Part shown: piece by piece, positions 6,939-16,536 of the stretch
Layout: every line of letters begins with the position of its first letter
Position numbering within the stretch: the first letter of the stretch is position 1
DNA from: a candidate division FCPU426 bacterium
Lineage (GTDB): Bacteria > Oederibacteriota > Muellerivitia > Muellerivitales > Muellerivitaceae
Length of the DNA: 64,000 bases
Assembly: GCA_963738405.1 (NCBI GenBank)
Contig: CAVTWJ010000023.1
Span: 64,001 to 128,000, forward strand
Direction of reading: 5' to 3'
Translations under genes and position numbers: made by a program
The notes under the pieces: generated by a model
Database searches by the model: none
The model's input: the letters and a program-made list of their open reading frames with translations, nothing else
Told to the model about the DNA's origin: nothing

Positions 6939-9359
6939 TTATCTGCCATCCTTCCGGTCATTGCGTCTGGTATCTTGGTTCTGGGACTGATTGCCCCCGC
7001 TATGGTCGTTCGGTCGGGCGTGTCTGGCTGGGTCAAACGGCTCGAATTTTTTGTATTGCTTTCGGTGATCCCCCGTTTCACTAACCCAATCAGGATCACT
7101 GCCCGAGTAAAGGTTATAACCGTATAAAATATCACTCTGAGGTTCCTTGGGATTCAGGATCGGAAGAGGTTGAGCCCGCAGGCGATCTTTCTTTCCCGCC
7201 TTGTCGCTGAGGGGCCCAGCGATATGAAGAGTCTCCAAACCCTGAGGATATTCACCCTCTCTCGGGGATTTGAGCGGCGTTACGTGACGCTGGTACCAAA
7301 TATGTCCGCCCCAATTTTTCTTGTTGTTATTCTCAATGGCAGCTCGGGGATACCGAAGTTTCGCGACGGGCTTTTGAACCTTCTGCCAGATATCTAGCCG
7401 CGACAATAATTGGACGTCCTTGCCTAGTTCTGCTTTGTAATTCCCAGGCAAGTCCGCAATGGTCTCATCAGCCCTGGTCATCACCAGGGGTTCGCCCAGG
7501 GTCCCGTCATCACCCAGGGGACGAAGTGTCGCCCGAACGATCCTGCAATGGCCCAGACCCAGGGGCTTGCCCCCGCCCAAGCGCCAATCCACCGAACAAG
7601 AAGCCAAAACCAATGTCACTTCACGGGGGCTTAAAGCCCGAAGGGTGACACGCAAGTGACCCAATGGGGCGTTTTCCTCCGGCAAAAGATCCCCTGTTTT
7701 ATTTGCCTTTTGGTGGGGATCTTTCATGCGGCCCGCATAATCCGAGATACCTTGATTAGCAAAAAGCCACGGGGCGGCCGAGCCCCTCTCGCTACTGGTC
7801 CGGTAAACCTTATAACCCCTAAGGGGTAAACCATGATTGGCTACCAGGTCCGCCATTGAGTCCCCCGAGACCTCCCTATAGAAAGCCGCGCAGCCTGGAT
7901 GGGGTTGCTGCAATGGGGCCAAACTTACGGCCTTCATCTTGTCCATACAGCTTTTGAAAATCAGGTTACCCAAACGTACCCTTGCCGCGAAAGATTCTGA
8001 TGGTACCTGTTCGCGGTCGGCCCAGATGGGCACCTCCTTGGTCATGTCAGGTCGAGGCACCTGGCCGAATAGGTTGGTTACCTCGTCCACCAAGCCGTCC
8101 GGGTTAAACGCATCAGGTAAAACGTGTGGATGATGAGCCGATACGATGTCCAAGAGGCGCTCACCCGTCCGTCCCCAACGTGCCCATTGAATGGATTTCA
8201 CCTCATCAGCTTTCGTTATGTTATGGCACTTGGGATCAACCGGTTCAAGCCAGACTAAATCACCTTTCATAAGTTCTTTTTTATCCGCATGGCGGTGCCT
8301 GCCGTAAAATGCCGACCATAGTTGAGTTGGCAGAATGATCTCTTCTTTCCCGGCTAAGAAGATCCCCTCCCGCTTCCCCCTGTTATTGATGGGCCCCGAC
8401 AATTTCACCTGCCAAGCATGAGCCTGACTTGGGGTCTTGGACAAACTCGTACCAGCCTCGTTAGACCAAATAGTCTCACCCTTGCTGCCCGGCTTGGGCC
8501 GGTTCAAGGGAACATTGCATTGACGTGACGCTTGTTCAAGGTCTTCCCACTTAATCAATTTCGTTTTTCCCAGCCGGACCCGTCCCGGACGATTCACTTC
8601 GCCCACCTCGACCACTTCCGCCAGAAACGGGTTCTCTGGGACAATTCCCTGCGTGGCCGGCGTGGCGGGTCCCAAACGAGCGTCACGGCCCTGGCACAAC
8701 CAAGCCTCTTCGTCGAGGTGGCCCAAAGTCCCCCCTGTGAGGACTGAAAGGAGAGAACGAAGTGACCCTCGCACGCCGGTTGCGGGAACAACAATGTCCG
8801 TGCCGATGGCCAAAGCTTTGTAGGTCTTGTGGTCGCTTCCCTTGTTGACCGGATCTGATTCGTTGGTCAAGAGGGGGGAAAGCAATTTCACTTCCAGGTC
8901 TAGCACTCCTGTGAAACGATCCTTTTCTACCTCATCTACGCTCAAAAGCGTGGGTTTAACACGCCTGGGGGGTTTGGAAGCGAATGGGATAAAGGTGTAG
9001 GGATTGTGGAATGGTTCTCCTAAAATACTTGGGTCACCCGCACCCGCGTTATCCGCATGCGTGTTGGTCGGAACGGGCCGTCCGGCCCCACCCGGTCGGT
9101 GATTCCTGGCGTTACGGTCGGGCCTAGGCTCCGGTTTTCTCGATGGATTCTGCCCACTTGAACTGGATGCTAGGTTGCTCCCGGACGAAGCCCCTGCTTT
9201 TTCATATTCCGCCCAGAGTTTATCCGCTTCTATTTTCAGGTCGCCTTCGCATTTTTTTCCATTATTGCGCCAGCGATTGAAATCATCGACCTGGCTAGAT
9301 GAAAGCTGGCGTTTCTGAAGGTTTTCTCTAAACAATTTAATGGATGGATGTTCTGGCAT
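6939..9359 (-). CDS. cas7: Type III-D Cas7 with large insertion (Cas7-insertion RAMP)
   Basis: FHNPYTFIP, LLSPLL, VPATGVRGSLRS, LFGQV, RGYKVY, LGGGKPLGLG. Confidence 0.88.
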   Translation of the reverse strand: MPEHPSIKLFRENLQKRQLSSSQVDDFNRWRNNGKKCEGDLKIEADKLWAEYEKAGASSGSNLASSSSGQNPSRKPEPRPDRNARNHRPGGAGRPVPTNTHADNAGAGDPSILGEPFHNPYTFIPFASKPPRRVKPTLLSVDEVEKDRFTGVLDLEVKLLSPLLTNESDPVNKGSDHKTYKALAIGTDIVVPATGVRGSLRSLLSVLTGGTLGHLDEEAWLCQGRDARLGPATPATQGIVPENPFLAEVVEVGEVNRPGRVRLGKTKLIKWEDLEQASRQCNVPLNRPKPGSKGETIWSNEAGTSLSKTPSQAHAWQVKLSGPINNRGKREGIFLAGKEEIILPTQLWSAFYGRHRHADKKELMKGDLVWLEPVDPKCHNITKADEVKSIQWARWGRTGERLLDIVSAHHPHVLPDAFNPDGLVDEVTNLFGQVPRPDMTKEVPIWADREQVPSESFAARVRLGNLIFKSCMDKMKAVSLAPLQQPHPGCAAFYREVSGDSMADLVANHGLPLRGYKVYRTSSERGSAAPWLFANQGISDYAGRMKDPHQKANKTGDLLPEENAPLGHLRVTLRALSPREVTLVLASCSVDWRLGGGKPLGLGHCRIVRATLRPLGDDGTLGEPLVMTRADETIADLPGNYKAELGKDVQLLSRLDIWQKVQKPVAKLRYPRAAIENNNKKNWGGHIWYQRHVTPLKSPREGEYPQGLETLHIAGPLSDKAGKKDRLRAQPLPILNPKEPQSDILYGYNLYSGSDPDWVSETGDHRKQYKKFEPFDPARHARPNDHSGGNQSQNQDTRRNDRKDGR

Positions 9360-9361
9360 GC

Positions 9362-10783
9362 TTATACCCCTTCCGAAAATAGTTTTTGAAACGTGATATT
9401 GGTGGATTCACTCTGCAGACCGGTAGCCCGCGATTCTTTTTCCAATCGCAATCGACCGGAAGCCTTGCTGGTACCCACCCTCAGAACACCGTAATGCAAG
9501 GCCGCCAGGGAAGAGGCAAGCCAGCGCACCTCATCCCCGGAGGGGTTTTGAATGGTGACTTGTGTCTTAAACCTGACCCCGCCAGTCAAAACGTGAGCAT
9601 CAAAAAGAAAGCCCTCGTTGGCCCCCCCTGAAATCCGATCGATGGCCACATGCTTTCGTAGCTGAACCTGGTTATCCGTAGAAGGCTGTTCGGAAAGTGC
9701 GTCGCCTATGTGTACCCGGCCCCGGGAATACAGGCTCCCGAACAACCGCATGATGGGGCAAGGAACTTCTTTTTCCAGGGAACCTGGATCGGCAATCAGG
9801 GCGTCCTGGATATGAACACGTTCATGATTCTCGGCATAACCCCATCCCACTTGATCGCCTTTTGGCGCGAGATCATTCCCGATCATGTCTAAATGCCGTG
9901 CATAGTTATCCGCGACAGGATGCCCTTCTCGGGCGGCCAGACGACTCATCCAACCCCGGAAGACACCACGTAGGCTGGAACCGGGCAATCGCCACCTGGT
10001 CTTGCCGTCGGCACCGACGACTTTTTGGGGGCCAAGATCGAATTCTCCTCCGTCCCCTTCGCCGACTAACAGGTCCTCCCCGGGTGGTATGGAAAGCACC
10101 AAGTCGATCCGCAGGTCCTTATCACCCGCGCCAACAGGCATCAGGGTTTCTCCGGTTATGGGAAAGATCCCCTCCCGGATTTTGTATCGCTCATCCATGT
10201 ACTCGGCCTGCTGATCCAAGTTGGCGCAATCAAAGGCACGATAGGAAGGTTCCCCCACTAGCTGGAGACGACCCAAGCCCCGAGAAGAATGGCCCCCAAC
10301 AGTCAACCCGCCTTTCAAAAGCGCCACCAGGCTTCCCATAAATGCCCTTGCCTCATCCCGCTCATCGCATTCGAGCCAGAGGACTAGGTCGGTCGATGTG
10401 TCCGGTGGCAGGGCCTCGACCTCGAAATGCGCGCCGCCCATGACCGATCCTGTGTGCCGGTCGATGGCGTTATGGGTGCGCCAGCTCTCGCCTTGACCGC
10501 CGGTCTCAAGCCGACAATCGGACACCTTAAGGAGGCTTGGATGGTAAGCGTCGTTCGTGTTGGCGTCGCCGAACCACTTCGTGACAAGGGCGTCTTCCGT
10601 CGCGACCCCGTGATGCCGGGCCCAGGCATGCCGCAGAGCGCCCGCCAGGGCTGTACCCCGCAAGACCGGTCGGCCTATCCCGTCGCGGGCCAGGGCCAAC
10701 CGATTGGCCAATTGCCCTTCACCTGGACTGACGCCTTCCGGAAACACGATTTTGGAGATTAAACGGTGGATGATCTTTGCCAT
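9362..10783 (-). CDS. cas7: Cas7-Cas7 tandem RAMP fusion (ORF track starts at 10822; ATG at 10783 overlaps the upstream stop)
   Basis: Two RAMP units: LRGTALAGALR...HNAIDRHTG...GGHSSRGLG, and LPGSSLRGVFR...LFGS...HVAIDRISGG...GTSKASGR. Confidence 0.88.
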   Translation of the reverse strand: MAKIIHRLISKIVFPEGVSPGEGQLANRLALARDGIGRPVLRGTALAGALRHAWARHHGVATEDALVTKWFGDANTNDAYHPSLLKVSDCRLETGGQGESWRTHNAIDRHTGSVMGGAHFEVEALPPDTSTDLVLWLECDERDEARAFMGSLVALLKGGLTVGGHSSRGLGRLQLVGEPSYRAFDCANLDQQAEYMDERYKIREGIFPITGETLMPVGAGDKDLRIDLVLSIPPGEDLLVGEGDGGEFDLGPQKVVGADGKTRWRLPGSSLRGVFRGWMSRLAAREGHPVADNYARHLDMIGNDLAPKGDQVGWGYAENHERVHIQDALIADPGSLEKEVPCPIMRLFGSLYSRGRVHIGDALSEQPSTDNQVQLRKHVAIDRISGGANEGFLFDAHVLTGGVRFKTQVTIQNPSGDEVRWLASSLAALHYGVLRVGTSKASGRLRLEKESRATGLQSESTNITFQKLFSEGV

Positions 10784-12831
10784 TAGCGCCCCTCCAGACC
10801 CGAAGTTAAAAGGTTGTGCCAAACACGAAGAGCCTTCTTGGCTTTTTTCGGGTCATTCTGGATTGCCTGAATCAGTACCGCCTGGACATGTTTCCAACGG
10901 CCCCAGATCCTCCTCGACCTGGTATCTTTCTGGCGTTCCAGGAAATTGACTGCTTCCTGCCCGCCCTGTTCTTTGATACGCGCCGCGACCGCCGCGACCT
11001 GGGACGCGCTTAACCCGTCGTTCTTGGACATTTCACACCACCCCAAGGCCCATTCACCTGCCTTGTCGCTAGCCAGTGTCGTCAGGCTGGGTTCGGGCAA
11101 GTACAGTCCCTCCGCAATGCCCGGGTGGGGCAAGACGGCCCCGTAACCCTGGATGCGCCCATCCAGATCCCCCCCCGAGTCAACCCCCAGCCCCCGGTTA
11201 ATCTGATTCCAAAGGTTTTCCGGCTCCTTTTCCAGCACAAAAACGGACCCGGGCAGGAAAACCCGGCGAGCCGCCAAACGACCTGCGGGATCGATCCGAC
11301 CGCCCAAGCCGTAGCGGTTCCAGCCAAATCGGACACCGCAAGCAGCCATGTGGCCGACCTCGGCAACCCTCGCCGATTTTTTGGGGGAGGCAATCTTACC
11401 CCACCCGCTTTCCTCCACCAGACGGGCCAGGGCGGTCTCGGCGCATTTCACCTGCCAATCATCGGGAATGGCCGCGGGGGATTGAAGAACGAATACTTTT
11501 TTCTTCCAGCCCTTCAATTGCGTGGCCGGTTCTATGTTCCTTATCAACTTCAAGAGCCCCCCCCCACGAACGGTGCGGGCCTTGCCAAAGACAAATAGCG
11601 GGTTTTTTTGGACCAATGATTGGAGTTTTTCAGCGGCCTGTGGAGGTAGCGTGACCCAACCGGCGTAATTAAGCGGGGCCATCGCCTCGACTGTGAACAA
11701 GTTGCGCTTGTCCTTACCTTCCGGGTCGTAATGAACGGCATGAGCCGTGAGAATGCGAGGCATCTCACCCGACTTCCAGAGGAGGACTTTCCCTGAGGAA
11801 TCGCGAAGTAAGACACCGTCAGTGCCTTTTAAGGGGGAAGCCTTGGGAACCTGCGTCCAGTCATAGGGCTCGACCGCCGAATCGCGGAATTGTTGGTCTA
11901 TTTTGAGCTTGCTCATCCTGTGGCTCAATGAAACCCGCACCGGGTTCATCAGTTCCCCGTTACCCTCCTCTAGGAGGGTCGGTAGGAGGGGCCAGGCCCT
12001 GGTCCTGCGGTCCAAAATAGCGGCATGGGCTAGGGCCGAATCAGCTTGTGCTAACCGAGAAATAAGGGCGCCCAATACCGCCGAGGCAGGGATTCCCAAT
12101 CCGGTTCGCAAGATGTTGTTGCCCATATCAGGTGTTTCCGGGCAGCAAACCGGGTCCTCGGCCGAAAATGTAAGCCTCAATGTCACGGCCGGACCATCCG
12201 GTTCTTTGGCGGCAGGGGTTACCATGGGGTTTGGGGTTTCACCCGGCAATCCCTTTTCCATTTCCCTCGCCAGTTCCCGCAAAAAGGCTCCCGGGGTCCG
12301 CTTTTCGTCCGCAATTTTGACCAGACAGGAGCCGCTTCCACGGTTACGGTTACCGCCCACCGCTTCCATGGTCAATAGGGCCAGGGATACGCCAAGGGTA
12401 ACAACCGGCGATGCGCCTTCCGCAATCTCGATTTTCCCCATAAATTTTGTTCCGACGGCCACAGCTTCCGATGTTCTAAGCGTCTGGTTCACTGCCACCC
12501 CCAGTTCCCCCACGGCGGTCCTTGTGATCGGATGGACAAGACCTTGGGCCCCTTCGGGCAGGCGGGCATCGTGAACTTTCACCTGACCCTGATACCCTGA
12601 ATCCCCCTCCTGGCCTGGACGACCCAGAACCCGATTGGTCAGGGTCGGCCAATCCCGGCTGACGGCGATCCGGCCGAGGGTGTCCCTCAAAAGACCCTTG
12701 AGGTGGCTGCTTCGGACCACCGGGCGGTCCTGATGATCCCGTGCCACGATGTCGTTGACCGTTTCACCACCCTTCCCGCTGCCAATCTCTCCATCGCTTA
12801 ACAACTCGATCTCATATTGGATTGTTGTCAT
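10783..12831 (-). CDS. Cas7-Cas5-(Cas11) fusion, type III-Dv-like
   Basis: Cas7 motifs (SSHLKGLLRD, GGNRNRGSG), then Cas5/Csx10-like motifs (IPASAVLGAL, GKARTVRGGG, PGSVF, QGYG), then a helical C-terminus LSASQV resembling Cas11. Confidence 0.8.
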   Translation of the reverse strand: MTTIQYEIELLSDGEIGSGKGGETVNDIVARDHQDRPVVRSSHLKGLLRDTLGRIAVSRDWPTLTNRVLGRPGQEGDSGYQGQVKVHDARLPEGAQGLVHPITRTAVGELGVAVNQTLRTSEAVAVGTKFMGKIEIAEGASPVVTLGVSLALLTMEAVGGNRNRGSGSCLVKIADEKRTPGAFLRELAREMEKGLPGETPNPMVTPAAKEPDGPAVTLRLTFSAEDPVCCPETPDMGNNILRTGLGIPASAVLGALISRLAQADSALAHAAILDRRTRAWPLLPTLLEEGNGELMNPVRVSLSHRMSKLKIDQQFRDSAVEPYDWTQVPKASPLKGTDGVLLRDSSGKVLLWKSGEMPRILTAHAVHYDPEGKDKRNLFTVEAMAPLNYAGWVTLPPQAAEKLQSLVQKNPLFVFGKARTVRGGGLLKLIRNIEPATQLKGWKKKVFVLQSPAAIPDDWQVKCAETALARLVEESGWGKIASPKKSARVAEVGHMAACGVRFGWNRYGLGGRIDPAGRLAARRVFLPGSVFVLEKEPENLWNQINRGLGVDSGGDLDGRIQGYGAVLPHPGIAEGLYLPEPSLTTLASDKAGEWALGWCEMSKNDGLSASQVAAVAARIKEQGGQEAVNFLERQKDTRSRRIWGRWKHVQAVLIQAIQNDPKKAKKALRVWHNLLTSGLEGR

Positions 12832-14369
12832 GAGTTCACTTCCGTCACCCAGTTCATCCTTGAATCTTCTTCCAGTAGGAGTAGCGCATCTATCACGGGT
12901 GTGGTACGCACGTTATGCCCGTTTTTGACCGATTTTTTCCATTTGCCTCCGGGTTTTTGGGGGCTTTCACCCTCATCCAGGTCGTTACTCAAAACTTCCT
13001 GGTTCTTCGCCAAGCTCTTCGCGAAGATCTTTCGGTCAAAAAAACCGGCCCTCATCCCTTTCAGCACACGGTGGCGGACCGAACCGGGCACTTTGCTGTA
13101 TTCCTGGGCTAACCGAATGAGGTCTCTCAGATCCGCGACCGGATAAGGCCTTTCGGTCAGTTGGATCCTCTCGTTCTGTAGATCGGCGTCCTGAAAAACC
13201 AATTCACGCTGTCGGCGAGCATGGGGTGTGTCGACCAGCCCCTCGGTGACCGATTCCCAGTCCACAAAAGAGGGGGTCGGAAAAACTTTTTGTTCACGGC
13301 CACCGCCCTTGGCGCTCGCCAGAAGCAGCTCGGTATAGGAGATGGCGGTGCTTAGCGGCAGGCCAATCGGGGCGAAGAGAATCCCGGCCGAAAGGGTGAT
13401 GTGGGATCCGGTAGCGGGCCACAGGTCAATGCCCCCCTTTTTCGCAAGGGCTGCCAATTCGGTGCTTTTCTCCTCGAAAACCCTGCAGGCTTCCCTTACA
13501 AAAGTCATCGCGTAACCGACATGACAAAGAAGGATAATGTCGTCCCCGCCGACCACGAGAGGCCGGATAGGCAGGATTATCTCCCCCCCGTCGACATCGA
13601 AACCTTCCTTTAGAGCGCGGATTTCTTCAATAATTAAGTCGATACCCTTCCTGCATGCTTCACGGCTGCAGGTGTCCAGGTCGCGACTCATCCGCCGAAG
13701 CCAACCGGTGAAAACGTCCGCCCGGTCCCCTAATTTTTCCACGGCCTTTCGATGCTGGGTTCCAATGTCGTTCCCATCCATGGCAATCACCGCCCAGCGG
13801 TTTCGGCCACCTAGTCTCTGCAAGGCTATTTTTCCCGCTGGGGTCGATTTATCCACGTCGTGGAAAAAGCTGAATTTCAAACCTTCTCGGCCATGACCAT
13901 TAACCCCCCCCAGCAATTCATCCTCAAAATAACGGTCCATCCGGTCCCCTTTTTGCCAGACCCGTTTTTTAACGATGTCGCTGACGCCGTTATTGGCCGG
14001 GTAGAGCCCGCTATCGGCACAAGGTTTGCCTCCCAGTTCGATGCTGGAAGGTAGCCAGGGATAAGTTTGGTCCGCGCCGTGGATGGCGACCGTGAAGTCA
14101 TCCGAAACGCCGAAACAGATGGTTAAACCATCCCGGTGCGCGGCTTCTACCAACTTGCGTCGTACCCTTTCCACTGCCTGGTCATTGGTACACTTGTAAG
14201 CGCCTTTTCCGCCGCCTGAAAAGAGGTGCTCTCCTTCCGGATCATTTATGCCTGGCGCGGTCACCCTGTCGTAACGGTCAATCAGCGCGCTTGATCCGCA
14301 AATGTATTTAAGGCGTGGGATTGAAAAGATGAAAGATTGAATGCCTTTTAAGTCATAGCAAAGATACAT
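12828..14369 (-). CDS. cas10: Cas10, compact, no HD domain, intact GGDD palm
   Basis: YDLKGIQSFIF, FSGGG, IAMDGNDIG, LVVGGDDIILL, LSAGI, ELLLASAK. Confidence 0.93.
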   Translation of the reverse strand: MYLCYDLKGIQSFIFSIPRLKYICGSSALIDRYDRVTAPGINDPEGEHLFSGGGKGAYKCTNDQAVERVRRKLVEAAHRDGLTICFGVSDDFTVAIHGADQTYPWLPSSIELGGKPCADSGLYPANNGVSDIVKKRVWQKGDRMDRYFEDELLGGVNGHGREGLKFSFFHDVDKSTPAGKIALQRLGGRNRWAVIAMDGNDIGTQHRKAVEKLGDRADVFTGWLRRMSRDLDTCSREACRKGIDLIIEEIRALKEGFDVDGGEIILPIRPLVVGGDDIILLCHVGYAMTFVREACRVFEEKSTELAALAKKGGIDLWPATGSHITLSAGILFAPIGLPLSTAISYTELLLASAKGGGREQKVFPTPSFVDWESVTEGLVDTPHARRQRELVFQDADLQNERIQLTERPYPVADLRDLIRLAQEYSKVPGSVRHRVLKGMRAGFFDRKIFAKSLAKNQEVLSNDLDEGESPQKPGGKWKKSVKNGHNVRTTPVIDALLLLEEDSRMNWVTEVNS

Positions 14370-14425
14370 CGAGAACCCCTTTCAATCATTTGTTCGAGGC
14401 CGCGTAATAACAAGACGTTTGATTC

Positions 14426-15601
14426 TCAAGACAGTAATCCTAATACCTTAATTGAAACCAACGTCCGATCAATCCCCAAAACCGCCTGGAGAGGATGCGC
14501 ACCTGAGCCCCGCCCCAGTTCGTTGACGATCAGCGCTGCTTTCGATGGGCCGAGTTGGGTGATGAGCCGTTTCCCAAGGCGGGACCGCGACGCCCCCCAC
14601 CAATTCGTCTCTAAAATCATGTCTGTATCAAATGGGCCCGTTAATAAATCATCATCGTTTTTGAAAATCCTGTAGGCAATCCTGCAAAACTCCAAATCCT
14701 TGGGTGTTAGCATAATTTTGATCGCATTCCCCGCGTTTGACTGCGCCTGATTGGTTAACCTACAGGGCTTTAACTGACAGGTCTCGCATGACTTAACATC
14801 CCGCGGACAAAGAATTCCATTTTTGCGCCACGCCAAAAGCGCCACCCAGAGGCTCTGTTTCGGGTCCAGGTCAAGCCGTTTCCCGTCCACTTCGATGTAA
14901 CCAGGGGCCTTTTCCAAGTTCACCGTCAAGCTGACCTGCTTCATGTTGAATTCCTCAAAAGCCGTCGTGAGCGAGGTTTTCAATAAATCGAGATGGATAT
15001 TCCTGAAAAAGTTATTGAGGCGAGGAAAAGGCACTTCAAAAAGATTAACCCATTTTATTTCGGCCTTCTTTTTGGGGTCAGGATACCACCCATTCGAAAG
15101 TTTCTTTTCCTTTCCCGGGTCCATGAGAACGTGGTAAAGAGTGTCCCCTTCCCTGGCGAAGGCGGACATACCAAGGGTCAGGTAAGCGGACATGGTTTTC
15201 CGCCCGCCCGCGAGGGAAGCTTGAAGCCCCACCGCCGGGTCTTTTGTGAATTCGTCCAAACGTTGGGCGATTTCCTCTTCCATGGCGGCGTTGGCCTCGC
15301 TGTCGCCAAGATCTTTTTTTATTTTCATTTTGGGGGGAATATGGATTTGAGATTCACCAAAAAGCGGGAAGGTTTTAGCCGGTAATTTCCAATCTTTCCA
15401 AAGCCTGGCAAAAGGGCCTTTCTTCATATCGATCAAGCCGGCTTCCAGAATTTTATTTTTACCTTCGCTGGTCGTGATCACATGAATTTCAGTAAGAATC
15501 ATTTTGTTTCTTACCACCAAAGCCCAAATCGCCTCGGTCAATACGGCCGGTGATTCCCCACCCGTCGCCAGAAAAATACTCTTTTTCTTATTCATAAACA
15601 C
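14426..15601 (-). CDS. NE0113/Csx14-family CARF protein with a Cys-rich and possibly wHTH C-terminus
   Basis: LATGGESPAVLTEAIWAL, HVITTSEG, SLAGGRKTMS, LYHVL; first gene of the cas operon. Confidence 0.8.
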   Translation of the reverse strand: MFMNKKKSIFLATGGESPAVLTEAIWALVVRNKMILTEIHVITTSEGKNKILEAGLIDMKKGPFARLWKDWKLPAKTFPLFGESQIHIPPKMKIKKDLGDSEANAAMEEEIAQRLDEFTKDPAVGLQASLAGGRKTMSAYLTLGMSAFAREGDTLYHVLMDPGKEKKLSNGWYPDPKKKAEIKWVNLFEVPFPRLNNFFRNIHLDLLKTSLTTAFEEFNMKQVSLTVNLEKAPGYIEVDGKRLDLDPKQSLWVALLAWRKNGILCPRDVKSCETCQLKPCRLTNQAQSNAGNAIKIMLTPKDLEFCRIAYRIFKNDDDLLTGPFDTDMILETNWWGASRSRLGKRLITQLGPSKAALIVNELGRGSGAHPLQAVLGIDRTLVSIKVLGLLS

Positions 15602-15761
15602 CCCCCCTTAAATTAGTTTTCAATCTTAAACCCGCCTGTCTTGTCTTTATAAATATCTTTCGCCCGTAAAGTCATTTAACGCTTCCTTAACATTGGTTTT
15701 CTTTTTATCCACTAATTTTAAGCCATTGTCTCAAAAGTCTTTTCCAATTCTAGTTGTGTTA

Positions 15762-16430
15762 TTAACGTCCTCGTCCCGAGCTTCTAAATGAACAACCCAT
15801 CGGCATTCTCATGGGAGGAGGCGCCGAGTAGTACATCACCCGTGGGGCGGAATAAATGACCCTAGCCGGTTGGGGATTAGCGTATCGAACGTAAGCCCGC
15901 CGAATAACCCGCCTTGGCGGGGTTGGGAGATAGACCCGAACATAACGATGGTCAATTACGGGGGGGCGAACAATCGTTCTCCTTTGATGGTATTGGTAGG
16001 ACGGCCTGGTGAAATGCCGGATCGGGTTTGAGATATATCCTCCTGTCTGATGGGTGATCGCTACCACACTAGCTTGGGTATAGGATTGCGACGAATAAGG
16101 ATAAACCGAAGAAGCCATTTGGGCTGAACTAGGTTGATTCGCGTGTCCTACAACTACGTTCCGGGATGCCGAACGCGTGACATGATTTTCACCTTCTGCG
16201 GGTGGATTACTAACGCGATGGGAAAGGGCCTCTAGACCCAAGAGGATGATTCCCCCACCCATTGCCAAGGTGAAAAGGATCGGACCCCAGTTTCGCTGGG
16301 CGCGCGGAACCGGTCGGTAAGGCGCGGTAACTCCCTGAACCGTTCTATGGCTCGGCGAAGAGCCAACGGGATTGATGGTCCCTTGAACCCTGTCGAAAGT
16401 GAACTGATCATTCGTTACGAAGCGTTCCAT
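15762..16430 (-). CDS. Hypothetical single-pass membrane protein with a Pro/Arg/Tyr-rich tail
   Basis: Hydrophobic segment ILFTLAMGGGIILLGL; GGAGG RBS upstream; co-directional with the Clp gene. Confidence 0.6.
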   Translation of the reverse strand: MERFVTNDQFTFDRVQGTINPVGSSPSHRTVQGVTAPYRPVPRAQRNWGPILFTLAMGGGIILLGLEALSHRVSNPPAEGENHVTRSASRNVVVGHANQPSSAQMASSVYPYSSQSYTQASVVAITHQTGGYISNPIRHFTRPSYQYHQRRTIVRPPVIDHRYVRVYLPTPPRRVIRRAYVRYANPQPARVIYSAPRVMYYSAPPPMRMPMGCSFRSSGRGR

Positions 16431-16536
16431 TGGGCCTCCTTTCTTTTTTATCCTTATCCTTTAATTGAATACTACCAGTTCTTCGACATCTTAAAACTTT
16501 TGCAAAATTGCGCCCTCCTGAAAGCCTTCCTGGTGT

